Shown here: in pieces, positions 8,094 to 16,979 of the stretch
Layout: every line of letters starts with the position of its first letter
Numbering within the stretch: position 1 is the first letter of the stretch
The notes under the pieces: generated by a model
What the model saw: only the letters and a program-made list of their open reading frames with translations
Databases searched by the model: none
What the model was told of the DNA's origin: nothing
IMG/VR virus record: IMGVR_UViG_3300049846_002130
Coordinates: 1-64,000 of that record
Length of the DNA stretch: 64,000 nucleotides
Reading direction: 5' to 3' (one strand)
Source of the DNA: a virus
Translations under genes and position numbers: made by a program

Positions 8094-8588
8094 ATGATAG
8101 CCGAAGACTACTACTCAAGACGGGACATGGCGAGGAGATTACTGGGTGGGATTTGTGTGAGGTGTGGGACGGAGCAAGACTTGGAGTTTGATCATATTGA
8201 TCCGATGTTAAAGACTCATAGTGTTAATAAACTACTAGCTTCTGGATCAACAAAGTTGTTGAATGAGCTTGCTAAGTGCCAGCTTCTTTGTAAGGCTTGT
8301 CATTTAGCTAAGACAGTTGCTGAAAAAGAACCCTTTACTCATGGGACCATGTATGGGTGGATGAGACGTAAGTGTGGATGTACTGTTTGCTCAGGGGCGA
8401 AGAGAGCTTGGTATGATCTTCGAAATGAGAAACGTCGAGGACTTGGTACTGTTGTTAAGGGAGCTTATTCTAAAGATCCTGTTCATGGTACTAGTGCTAA
8501 GTATTCTCGTGGTTGTCGTTGCAGTGAATGTCGTGCAGCTAATGCTGATAAAGAACGTAAACGTAAGAAATCTAAGGCGATTATATAG
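8094..8588 (+). CDS. HNH endonuclease with two HGT..C.C..C zinc modules
   Basis: CVRCG..DLEFDHIDP...CQLLCKACHLAKT; AT-rich, opposite strand, next to tRNA. Confidence 0.88.
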   Translation: MIAEDYYSRRDMARRLLGGICVRCGTEQDLEFDHIDPMLKTHSVNKLLASGSTKLLNELAKCQLLCKACHLAKTVAEKEPFTHGTMYGWMRRKCGCTVCSGAKRAWYDLRNEKRRGLGTVVKGAYSKDPVHGTSAKYSRGCRCSECRAANADKERKRKKSKAII

Positions 8589-8617
8589 CCCCTGGCCTTG
8601 GGAACCAGGGGCTATAT
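8583..8617. terminator. Hairpin between convergent genes (probable bidirectional terminator)
   Basis: ATATAGCCCCTGG...CCAGGGGCTATAT 13-bp inverted repeat. Confidence 0.7.
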
Positions 8618-8645
8618 CTCTTATTTGACTTGTTGGCCTGGTTGT

Positions 8646-9110
8646 TTAGACCGGGACCTCGGGATCTGCGTCGGCATCCACCACACCGGCTTCCGTGGTG
8701 GTGGTGGTGGGAACCGTCCCACCCTTGAGCTTCGCGAGCGCCTCGAGCGCTTCCGCGAGCGGCACACCGGCCCCCAACATGGTCTTGAGGTACTCGGGGC
8801 CTGGGTCGACCACCGTGGTGGCTCCGGCCTCCGGAGGCGTCAAGAGCAGATGGAAGTACGACCTCCACACCGTGCTCTCGCTTCCCGGGATGGGTGGGTT
8901 GGAGGCCTTGAAGACCTCCTCGAACTCGTTGACCGGGAAGTTGGCGCCCTTGAGCTTTGCGTAGGCGTCCTTCATGACCTCGAACTTGGCGGCGTCCGTG
9001 GTGGAGGCCAGTAGGTCGCGGGCGATGCCCACGCTGATCTGACCATTCCGACGCGCGGTGACCTCGAACTTGGCTCCGAGGATCTTCTTGACACTGGCAA
9101 CGTTGAACAT
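8646..9110 (-). CDS. Hypothetical protein
   Basis: AAGGAG RBS before MFNVASVKK; GC3-rich codons. Confidence 0.8.
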   Translation of the reverse strand: MFNVASVKKILGAKFEVTARRNGQISVGIARDLLASTTDAAKFEVMKDAYAKLKGANFPVNEFEEVFKASNPPIPGSESTVWRSYFHLLLTPPEAGATTVVDPGPEYLKTMLGAGVPLAEALEALAKLKGGTVPTTTTTEAGVVDADADPEVPV

Positions 9111-9127
9111 GTACTCTCCTTTGGATG

Positions 9128-9397
9128 TTATCCGGAACACTCGGCTGCGTCAGCAGCCGACAGCGCCTCACGCCACTTCACCACTCGCTTTCGCAAATCC
9201 CCAATGAAGAAGCCGGTCACGGCTTGATGTGCCAGCGTCACCGAGCCCTCAGCCAGTAGACCAAGGGCAACGAACAACGCAATGGGAATCACGAAGAACC
9301 AGAAGAAGGTCTCGAGTAGGTCGAGAATTGGGGTGAGCAGGATGATGGTAAGCACCACCGCGGCACTGACCACCACCTGAGTGACAGTCCACCTCAT
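9128..9397 (-). CDS. Membrane protein
   Basis: GGAGG RBS before MRWTVTQ; two hydrophobic helices. Confidence 0.7.
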   Translation of the reverse strand: MRWTVTQVVVSAAVVLTIILLTPILDLLETFFWFFVIPIALFVALGLLAEGSVTLAHQAVTGFFIGDLRKRVVKWREALSAADAAECSG

Positions 9398-9708
9398 GCT
9401 GCCTCCTGCTCGACAAACAGGGCAGCGATTCGCTCCTGGATGTCCACAGCCTCGTTGAGCGTCTGAACGTACAATACGTTCTGGGCTGCGAACGCACTGG
9501 AGAGGGGATGGTGGCTGTTCTTGCTGTCTCGCAGAGCACATGCCCTGCTTAGGGTCGAGGCGAGCTTCTTCCGCAAGCTCTTGAGGCGAGCTGCGTCGTC
9601 ATTGTCTCGCTTCTTCCGAGCTTCTGGGCTTGGGATCTTCTCGAACCGGTCAGGCCACGCTCCATTGGGGTGCGGGGACTTGAACCGGTACCAGGGGGCT
9701 TCTTCCAT
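9394..9708 (-). CDS. Hypothetical protein
   Basis: AAGGAGG RBS. Confidence 0.75.
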   Translation of the reverse strand: MEEAPWYRFKSPHPNGAWPDRFEKIPSPEARKKRDNDDAARLKSLRKKLASTLSRACALRDSKNSHHPLSSAFAAQNVLYVQTLNEAVDIQERIAALFVEQEAA

Positions 9709-9839
9709 ATTACCTCCTTGACAACAGCGCTGTCAGGCGCTTGTTATGGGCTAGACTATAGGAAAGCTATCATTAAGGCTCTGTTAGCTATTACATGCTG
9801 GCTGCAATATGAGCCACCATGCCAAAACCTATAGTCTGC

Positions 9840-10103
9840 CTAGATGCCCATCACCCAGTAGGAGCCGTTCGCTTCACGGGGCATTGCGCGTCCCTGCGCG
9901 GCAAGCTCTTCCCAGATTGCTCTGGCCTTTGCCTGCCTGTCTGCTTCCAACTTCGCTGTGGTGCCGGCAATTCCCTTGACCTTGTCTCGGGATTCGCGCC
10001 CGTTCTGCGAGCCCTTACGGCCCACCATCTTTCGCTGCTCCTTGGTGTAGGAGCGATATGGGACGCCCGCTCCCTCACCCTTGCGTGCCTTTACTCCTGC
10101 CAT
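9840..10103 (-). CDS. Basic hypothetical protein (weak KGG-motif resemblance)
   Basis: AGGAGG RBS before MAGVKARK; SYTKEQRKMVGRKGSQ. Confidence 0.65.
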   Translation of the reverse strand: MAGVKARKGEGAGVPYRSYTKEQRKMVGRKGSQNGRESRDKVKGIAGTTAKLEADRQAKARAIWEELAAQGRAMPREANGSYWVMGI

Positions 10104-10111
10104 GGTACCTC

Positions 10112-10402
10112 CTACTTGCCAGCCATGAGCTTGCACCAGGCTTCACGTCCGAGTCCACCAGGCCTGTGAGTCGGACCCTTGTGGGCCGTGGTGCTCTTGG
10201 CAGCTGGTGCCTGCTGCATCTTTCGCCGAGCCTTGTTGGCCTCGTACTCGGGCTTGGTATACCGAGATGTGGCGAACGGTGTGGGCTTGGGGTCGTACTT
10301 GGTCAACCCCGGGTCACCCCGGAAGACCTTGCGCTTGATGACATGGGGCTTGAGCCCCTTGGCCTCTGCCCTCTTGGCCGGGTTGATGACGCAGCCCATC
10401 AT
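10112..10402 (-). CDS. Basic hypothetical protein
   Basis: AAGGAGG RBS; K/R-rich. Confidence 0.7.
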   Translation of the reverse strand: MMGCVINPAKRAEAKGLKPHVIKRKVFRGDPGLTKYDPKPTPFATSRYTKPEYEANKARRKMQQAPAAKSTTAHKGPTHRPGGLGREAWCKLMAGK

Positions 10403-10707
10403 TCCTCCTTCGTGTGGATGGTGATTCGGGTGTTGTTGGGCCCGAACTTGTAGAACACCGGACTTCCCTTCTCCCAGAAGGGATAGTCTTCTGGCAGGGC
10501 GACAGGTAGGGTGTCGGCCAGGGCCCAGGCAACCAACCTGTTCTTGGTGATGTCACGGAGGGCCACCTCCTTGACGATGTCCCGACGCTCCCGGAATTCC
10601 AGGCCCTGAATGGGAACCTGGTAGGTTCCCAGAATTTTGCCACTGTGGAAGATGCTGATGTCCAGCACATTGGTGGTGTGCTGGTACTTTCCCAGTACGT
10701 AGTACAT
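10399..10707 (-). CDS. Hypothetical protein
   Basis: AAGGAAAG RBS; 102 aa. Confidence 0.7.
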   Translation of the reverse strand: MYYVLGKYQHTTNVLDISIFHSGKILGTYQVPIQGLEFRERRDIVKEVALRDITKNRLVAWALADTLPVALPEDYPFWEKGSPVFYKFGPNNTRITIHTKEE

Positions 10708-10839
10708 GGTCTTTCCTTGTTTGAGTTAGTAGCTTCAGGCTACCTCTGGGTTGGTCGCTCGTCTCCAGTCTTTTGCGCCAGTTCAGGCAGGCGAATAAAG
10801 AGAGGAGGCGGGCGAAGCCCAACCTCCTCAACCGGACCG

Positions 10840-13740
10840 TCAGGTCCGGTTCAGTGACCTTGTCAGTGACGAAAGCCACTGGCTTTCTGCTGACGCCTTG
10901 CGGGTTCTGATGGTGTTGACCACTTCGGAGGTCAACTTGGCCATGCAGTCAGGGCAATCCCAGAGTGGGATTCCTTGATCGTTGGCGTCCTTGATTTCCA
11001 GTTGGTGCTGGCTGCTTTTGGACACAATCCACGTCAGCTTCTGCGTGGGGTCTGGGTCCTTGAGAGCCATGTCGACACATCGTTGGAGTCGTTGCTCCCG
11101 ATGGAGAAACTGACACTCGTAGGTGTGTTCGATTCCCAGAATCTCCATGATGGGAGAGCCTGGGTAGCACACTGCCCGGAATGCATTGTTCAGGTTGGGC
11201 CTGAAGCTTTCGCTTGTCTCAGAGGTCTCGTGCTCCCAGATTTCGACGAGAGCAGTGATGCGCTCGCTTTCCGGAAGCTGAGCAAGGAACAGCTGAAGCT
11301 CTTCTTCGAGCTTCTGCTGTGCCCCAAGTACCTGGTTTGCCCTACGCTCTTCGTTGGCGGAGAGCGATGAGAGCGCATCGTTGTACTTGCCAAGACCACA
11401 CTTGGCTCGAAGGCCTTGTTGGTACTTGGTGTGATTGACAACGATATGTGGTACTACCACGCCCTTTGCTGCCAACACAAGCCTCAACAGTGGGTTGAGG
11501 TCAATGTTGGTCTTGCTCTGGAACTGAGGCTCTTCCTCTTCCCAGAGCTTGAAGCAGTGGCGTGCAGCGATGTGCACGAGGTTCTCATGTTCGCTGACGG
11601 GTGGCAAGAACCACTCATCAACGTTCACTCGTTGACCTCGGCGTCTCCACCACAGAGGGTCCAGGGCCTTCATCTTCCCATCGTCCTGAGCTGCACAGCA
11701 GCCGGCTGCGATGAGTCGACCATCCACCCACTCTTTCAGTCTCTTCATGGGGATCTCTCCCCCTTCGAGCTGATCGGAGGTGTAGCGGATGGTGAAGTGC
11801 CACCCATCTTCACGCTGCTCCCAATTCGTTGGGTCAGCAGCCTTTTCGATGTTGGACCACTCTGGTACTCGCTTCTGACGGTCAATGCACTCCTGAATCG
11901 CGATGCTCAGCGCACGAGCACCGTTCAGGTCACCGACTGCCAGAAGCCGCGACCGCCACACGGTACACCGACCCACTGGGCCACGATGATCGTAGCGCAG
12001 GTACTCCAGGCCCTCTGGAGTATTGGTCATCAACGGACCACCATTCTTGGCAGTCAGTTCCACACCTTTTGGTTCGATGTGGAAGATGTCGTTGTCGTTC
12101 CGGTAGCTGAACAGCTCCAGAATGTCTGGGCTGTCACTGACGCCCAGAATATCTCCGTCATCGTCACCCTGCATCTTGATCGTCAAGTCTGCAGGGTTCA
12201 TGATGATTTGGAATGGAGGCAGCTCATCGTTTACCAGATGATGAGCTTTGGGCTTGATGGTCTTCATGACTACCAGACCCTGAGGCAGAATCATTGGAAA
12301 CCTGAATGCTGCCACCTGCTTGCCGGGTCGCATGCCTGCAACCACACAGTGGCCAGCAGGCACAGTGGCGTCCAGACGAGCAACGTAGCTCCTGAACTTA
12401 CCACCTCCGCCCTGTTCCGTTCTTCCCAGGGTTCTGGCGAGACGGTCCTTGACCGCCTCTGCCACTCTGGGAATGTCCATCGGGGACACTGCGTGGCCCT
12501 CGGAACGAATCACGTTCACGAAGTCCACGATGCCTTTGATGGTGGTGTCACGCCTGGCGATTTGATTCACCAGGCCATCAAGGCCCTTGGCGAACAGTTT
12601 ACCCATGGCCTTGTCGACCATGTTGCGTACGACCTCTGCCGTACGACCGTTCACCTGGATATTCTCCAGCATTTCGAAGCTGCCGGAGATCCGCCGCGGA
12701 CGGTCCCATGCCTGCAGGATGCCGACGTAGCAGCCTCCCACAGCCTTGACCCTGTTGTCGGCCCGACGCTGCTTTGCCTCGGGCTTCCAGCGGCCCTTGA
12801 TTTGCGTCCAGTCGAGTACGATGCCCTCGACCTTGTCGGACGGGAAGATCGTGCCCTTGGCGAATAGCCCACTCTCGGGCTGCAAGAGCCGGAACTGGCA
12901 GGGCACAGCTCCGTACTTGGCTACGAATGCAGCCATCTCAGGACAGGTTGGGTTGTAGATGCCCGACCCGTCTGTTTTCAAGTCCACACCCTCCGCGTCA
13001 CGCAGAGTGGTGAACGTGACATTGGCGTTCTCGATGAAGCCCTCGGGGAGCACCGGGGCATTGAGGCCATGACAGTACGCAGACATGTCGATGGCCTTCG
13101 GGAATGCCTTGAGCAACAACTTGTAGGCTGGGTGGTCCATGTTCCAGCCCAGACGCTCACCGGAGACAGCGATGTGGAGGCTGTTCAGCTCCGCAAGGCC
13201 GCCCTTGAAGGTTTCGCGCCCCTCTTCGTCCTCTCGCTTGTCGATGGTCGACAAGATGTTCATCGCTACGGCAGAGGACTGCTGACCGTGCAGAACCCCG
13301 CTGATGAGAGCAAGGAGCCCAAAGCTCCGCAGCTCTCGATCGTAGCGCCACCGACACCGCTCCTCGTTGAGTCGGTAGAAGGTGTACACTGGCTCACGGA
13401 TGTACGTGAGCCGATTTGCTGTCCGCTTCTCGAAGCGCACCAGGCGCTCTTGAAGCCTCTTGATGTCTTTGGTGGCCAAGGTCTCGTATGCCAAGGTCAC
13501 CAAGTCTTCGGCAAATACTTCGGCCAGCTCACTGAATCCCATGGACGTGAACACATCCACGAGGTCCTCGATCTTGGTCAGGGGCTTCGTTTGCACCCTG
13601 GCCACGTAGTCGCCCAGCATGTCGCCGGGCAACTCCTCCTCCGTCCCCCGAGGCTCGTCGAGAGTGATGGAGTTCAGAAACTCCAGAACCCTCCGCTCCT
13701 CGTTGCGGATCTCGAAGTTCTCAACACTGAGGTTGTTCAT
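10840..13740 (-). CDS. Single-subunit two-barrel RNA polymerase, YonO/QDE-1 (cellular RdRP)-like; probable non-virion RNAP, 966 aa
   Basis: Ordered motifs TDGSG, QFR..AKG, WTQIKG, RFP, catalytic GDDDGD (12151-12168), VG helix, QECIDRQK; start MNNLSV at 13740 after AGGAGG. Confidence 0.88.
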   Translation of the reverse strand: MNNLSVENFEIRNEERRVLEFLNSITLDEPRGTEEELPGDMLGDYVARVQTKPLTKIEDLVDVFTSMGFSELAEVFAEDLVTLAYETLATKDIKRLQERLVRFEKRTANRLTYIREPVYTFYRLNEERCRWRYDRELRSFGLLALISGVLHGQQSSAVAMNILSTIDKREDEEGRETFKGGLAELNSLHIAVSGERLGWNMDHPAYKLLLKAFPKAIDMSAYCHGLNAPVLPEGFIENANVTFTTLRDAEGVDLKTDGSGIYNPTCPEMAAFVAKYGAVPCQFRLLQPESGLFAKGTIFPSDKVEGIVLDWTQIKGRWKPEAKQRRADNRVKAVGGCYVGILQAWDRPRRISGSFEMLENIQVNGRTAEVVRNMVDKAMGKLFAKGLDGLVNQIARRDTTIKGIVDFVNVIRSEGHAVSPMDIPRVAEAVKDRLARTLGRTEQGGGGKFRSYVARLDATVPAGHCVVAGMRPGKQVAAFRFPMILPQGLVVMKTIKPKAHHLVNDELPPFQIIMNPADLTIKMQGDDDGDILGVSDSPDILELFSYRNDNDIFHIEPKGVELTAKNGGPLMTNTPEGLEYLRYDHRGPVGRCTVWRSRLLAVGDLNGARALSIAIQECIDRQKRVPEWSNIEKAADPTNWEQREDGWHFTIRYTSDQLEGGEIPMKRLKEWVDGRLIAAGCCAAQDDGKMKALDPLWWRRRGQRVNVDEWFLPPVSEHENLVHIAARHCFKLWEEEEPQFQSKTNIDLNPLLRLVLAAKGVVVPHIVVNHTKYQQGLRAKCGLGKYNDALSSLSANEERRANQVLGAQQKLEEELQLFLAQLPESERITALVEIWEHETSETSESFRPNLNNAFRAVCYPGSPIMEILGIEHTYECQFLHREQRLQRCVDMALKDPDPTQKLTWIVSKSSQHQLEIKDANDQGIPLWDCPDCMAKLTSEVVNTIRTRKASAESQWLSSLTRSLNRT

Positions 13741-13859
13741 GGACCTCCTAAAGCTTAGCATTGGCTGCGTCAGCAGCCATAAAAAAGGGAAGGCCACAAT
13801 AGGGCCTTCCGGATTCAAGACAGAACCTTGATGGTCTATCCTATCACTAACTTTCTTTC

Positions 13860-14252
13860 TTAGCCGTCGATGCCGATGGCCCACCGGAGCTTAGCCCCCT
13901 GGAGGTAAGCCCCACGGAGGTTGGCCCCCTGGAGATTGGCCCCCCAAAGGTCAGCCTCCCGAAGGTCAGCCCACCGGAGGTCAGCCCCCTGGAGGTCAGC
14001 CCCCTGGAGGTCAGCCTCCTGGAGGTAAACCCACTGGAGGTCAGCCCCCCAGAGGTCAGCCTCCCGGAGGTTAGCCCCCCGGAGGTCAGCCCACTGGAGG
14101 TCAGCCCCCCGGAGGTCAGCCCGCCGGAGGTCAGCCCTCTGGGGCACGACACTCTCTTCAACAGCATGGGCTTCGAAGCCCTGGCTTCGAAGCCAAGCTT
14201 GGTGAGGCCCGTACCAAGGGAAGCGGGCCATGAGCTCAGTGTGGTTGGTCAT
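13860..14252 (-). CDS. Pentapeptide repeat protein, paralogue 3 (130 aa)
   Basis: GGAGG RBS before MTNHTELMARFPWYGPHQAWLRSQGFEA; A(D/N)L(R/Q)x repeats. Confidence 0.92.
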   Translation of the reverse strand: MTNHTELMARFPWYGPHQAWLRSQGFEAHAVEESVVPQRADLRRADLRGADLQWADLRGANLREADLWGADLQWVYLQEADLQGADLQGADLRWADLREADLWGANLQGANLRGAYLQGAKLRWAIGIDG

Positions 14253-14316
14253 CTTGCCTCCGGAGCGCTTGCTCTGGGTCGCTCCAAAACAAAGGGGGCC
14301 GTCAGGCCCCCGCGCA

Positions 14317-14493
14317 TCAGAACTCAAACTCATCGGGAAATGTTTCTTCCACATCTCCCAAGTACACCAGACAAAGAATATTCTCTGTCAGATATGCAAT
14401 GCGGAGGGCTTCCGCATTGTCGGCCATGAGTCCCAGCTCGAAGGCAGCATCTGCTACCTCGAACCAGAACTCCACCTCATCATGAAGAGCCAT
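14317..14493 (-). CDS. Small very acidic protein (58 aa)
   Basis: AAGGAGG RBS before MALHDEVE; 15 D/E vs 1 R. Confidence 0.7.
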   Translation of the reverse strand: MALHDEVEFWFEVADAAFELGLMADNAEALRIAYLTENILCLVYLGDVEETFPDEFEF

Positions 14494-14684
14494 GGTTCCT
14501 CCTTTGGCTTTAAAAGGGTGGGAGCCTTCTGTGCTCAAGTCTTGAGTCTCTGCGGAGTGAGCCTGCCTGAAGGTGGTTTGCGGAGTCGTGGTATCCCTTG
14601 GGTCTTTACCACTTAAGTCTTCCAATCACAAATTAAAGGTTCAATAAAAGAAGGGCAGTTTATACTCTTGCCCAGGAGTCTATG

Positions 14685-15065
14685 CTAGTTGTTGTGCACC
14701 ACGAGCTTGATGACCCACGGAAGCAGGTTAAGCTCGTTGCCATCGATGGTGAAGGAGTTGTAGCAGGACTCCTCCAGCTTCTGCTTGCACCTCTCCAGCA
14801 GGAACTCGTAGGTATTCCGATCGTCGTAGCGGTACGGCCAGATGGCGTACATCGGATTGCTGTGCCGAGGCTTCCACTCCTCGTAGGTCAGGATGTGACG
14901 GTAGTACGTCGTGACCTTGATGGTCTCGTCCTCGATCTCGATCTGAACGTCCTGTCCAGGTCCACTCCTGCTACGATCCTTCAGGTAGCCATGGAAGGTG
15001 GTGGTCCCGCTGGTCTCCCAGATGAAGGCCCCCACCACGAACTCCACCCACTGCGCGTACGTCAT
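14685..15065 (-). CDS. Hypothetical protein
   Basis: AAGGAG RBS before MTYAQW. Confidence 0.75.
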   Translation of the reverse strand: MTYAQWVEFVVGAFIWETSGTTTFHGYLKDRSRSGPGQDVQIEIEDETIKVTTYYRHILTYEEWKPRHSNPMYAIWPYRYDDRNTYEFLLERCKQKLEESCYNSFTIDGNELNLLPWVIKLVVHNN

Positions 15066-15135
15066 TGTCTCTCCTTGTTGGTCACCATGACCATAAAAGA
15101 AGGGGTAGTTTATCCACATACCCCAGGTGGTTGGA

Positions 15136-15387
15136 CTAGAACGGGATGTCGTCGTCGTTCAGGCTGTCCACGAACATACGGATTTCCTCGGCCTCCTGTG
15201 CGGTCATCGGCTGTTCGTTCCTGCTCTTCCACTCCTGGTCCACACACCAGTCCTCGTACAGGCGCTGGTAGTGCTGAGCCTTCTGGTGAAGATCCAGATG
15301 CTGCTCCATCGGAACACTCTTGTCGAACGAAGCGTCGAACATCTGCCACCAGAAGTCAGCCAGGTCACGCGGATTCAGCTCACGCAT
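15136..15387 (-). CDS. Small helical protein with SSB-like C-terminal DDDIPF
   Basis: 83 aa ending LNDDDIPF*; GGGAG RBS. Confidence 0.75.
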   Translation of the reverse strand: MRELNPRDLADFWWQMFDASFDKSVPMEQHLDLHQKAQHYQRLYEDWCVDQEWKSRNEQPMTAQEAEEIRMFVDSLNDDDIPF

Positions 15388-15471
15388 TGTAGCTCCCTAT
15401 AGTGCTGTGTGCACCATAAAAGAAAGGGGAATACCTAGGTATTGGACCTAGTGCTATTCCCTACCAGCTAA

Positions 15472-16011
15472 TCAGTCGATACGACGCAGGTGCAGGTGGT
15501 CGTTCCGGAAGAACGCCTCCCACTTGATGGACCTGCGGCCCAAGGCCACGCTCCTGAGCTTGGCCAAGAACTCCTGACACTCCCCCCTATGGGAGATGTA
15601 GAAGCTCTTGTCGAACCACACGGCGAACTCCTCACGTTCCCGGGTCTGAGTGTGGTTGTTGCACTTGAGGTGCTCCCAGAGGGGATTGATGGGCTTGATG
15701 CCCAGCATGTCCAGCAACATGTTCACGTCGCAGTCGTACTCGGGTTCGACCTCCTCACCCGGGAGCTTGGGCATGCCCGACTCCAGGTCCGTGGTCTCGT
15801 TGGTGGACTTGGGCTTCTGGTAGAACGCCAGGGCCTCCTTGCACTGCTCCAGATCCTGGGTGATGCACTCCACCTTCTCCTGGAGCTTGGGCAGGAACGC
15901 CATGATGTCGTGCTCCATCTTCTCCTTGGTCACCCCCTGGTAGTCGATGGCCTTGCTCTCCACGATGGACGCAAGGACGTTGATGATCGCCAGGGTGTCG
16001 TTCTTGGTCAT
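15472..16011 (-). CDS. Hypothetical protein
   Basis: AAGGAG RBS, 179 aa, coiled-coil-like N-half. Confidence 0.75.
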   Translation of the reverse strand: MTKNDTLAIINVLASIVESKAIDYQGVTKEKMEHDIMAFLPKLQEKVECITQDLEQCKEALAFYQKPKSTNETTDLESGMPKLPGEEVEPEYDCDVNMLLDMLGIKPINPLWEHLKCNNHTQTREREEFAVWFDKSFYISHRGECQEFLAKLRSVALGRRSIKWEAFFRNDHLHLRRID

Positions 16012-16124
16012 GCTCTCTCCTTAGACCTATCGGGTCTTTGTTTTGGCTCTCACCTTATTGTGAGGCCATAAAAAGGAAAGAGAAAGAAAAGGGTAGGGGT
16101 TGGACCTACCAATTTCTTCCGGCT

Positions 16125-16340
16125 TTAGCGGTATCCCATGTAGTAGCAGATCCGCACCATGGCCTCCTCTGGGCCGACGAGCCGGAGGAGCACCCTCCAT
16201 GCTTCATCGGCCTCCCTCTCGGCCTCGGCGTATTCAGCGATCCACTCGGGATCGTCGCACGATACCGAGGGCCACGGGGCCCTGTTCTGGTCCGCCACGA
16301 GACGGGCCAAACGCGAAACCTCACTGCCGATGGTCTTCAT
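16125..16340 (-). CDS. Hypothetical protein
   Basis: AAGGAG RBS. Confidence 0.7.
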   Translation of the reverse strand: MKTIGSEVSRLARLVADQNRAPWPSVSCDDPEWIAEYAEAEREADEAWRVLLRLVGPEEAMVRICYYMGYR

Positions 16341-16401
16341 GTTCTCTCCTTTATGGCAGGTAGTTCTGCCGTAAAAGAAAAAGGGGCCAGGCCCCCGTCT
16401 C

Positions 16402-16542
16402 TCAGGTTTTGATCATGTTGTCCATGATCATCAACAACAGCCCATAGAGGGCTGCCAGTGCGCTCAGGAACAACGTTCCCATGTCGGGTGCATTGGTGAT
16501 GACGGCCAGTGAGACGATCGTACAAATGAACCCGATACGCAT
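16402..16542 (-). CDS. Small membrane protein (46 aa)
   Basis: GGAGG RBS; MRIGFICTIVSLAVITNAP...LYGLLLMIMDNMIKT*. Confidence 0.6.
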   Translation of the reverse strand: MRIGFICTIVSLAVITNAPDMGTLFLSALAALYGLLLMIMDNMIKT

Positions 16543-16642
16543 GTTGCCTCCAATCTTTGGTCTTGCTTCGTTGCCAGACCATAAAAGAGAGAAAAGAAAA
16601 GGGGACTACTCAGGTATTGGACCTGATGCTAATCCCTTCGCA

Positions 16643-16894
16643 CTAGTTCTCGTCCGGCAGCTCGATCTCGCCCGGGAACTCCTGGGCCCAGGCGGCCCAG
16701 CTCGTGTACGTCTCGTTGCCTTCCTCGTCCACCTCCGGATACCCGGTGAGGATAAGCAGGAATCCTCCCTCCCGTCCGATGATCGGGCCCGCCGGGTACT
16801 GCTCCTCTCCGATCAACACCTCCCCATCGCCCTCGGGCAGCCGGCTCGCGATCCGAGGGGAGAATGCCGACGGGGCGATGATCATCTTGAACAT
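16643..16894 (-). CDS. Acidic hypothetical protein
   Basis: AAGGAG RBS; E/D-rich C-half. Confidence 0.7.
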   Translation of the reverse strand: MFKMIIAPSAFSPRIASRLPEGDGEVLIGEEQYPAGPIIGREGGFLLILTGYPEVDEEGNETYTSWAAWAQEFPGEIELPDEN

Positions 16895-16979
16895 GTCTTC
16901 TCCTTAATGCCTTAGGGAAGTTATCTAAGGCCATAAAAGAAAGGGGTAGTTATACTCCACCCCCAGGAGTCAGACTTGA

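Noticed and set aside
9640-9708. Similarity of PWY..PH..AW in 9394..9708 to the pentapeptide leader
   Set aside because: Too short and gapped to distinguish from chance
10840-13740. Calling the QDE-1-like protein an RNA-dependent RNA polymerase
   Set aside because: The characterised phage homologue YonO is DNA-dependent; template cannot be told from sequence
1-14252. Diversity-generating retroelement acting on pentapeptide repeats (AAC/GAC/TAC/CAC variation)
   Set aside because: No reverse transcriptase or non-coding template repeat in the window; this variation is normal for pentapeptide repeats
10975-16071. Long antisense ORFs such as 11416..12867, 13069..13758, 14682..15392, 15490..16071
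   Set aside because: Expected shadows of GC3-rich minus-strand genes; no RBS or motifs
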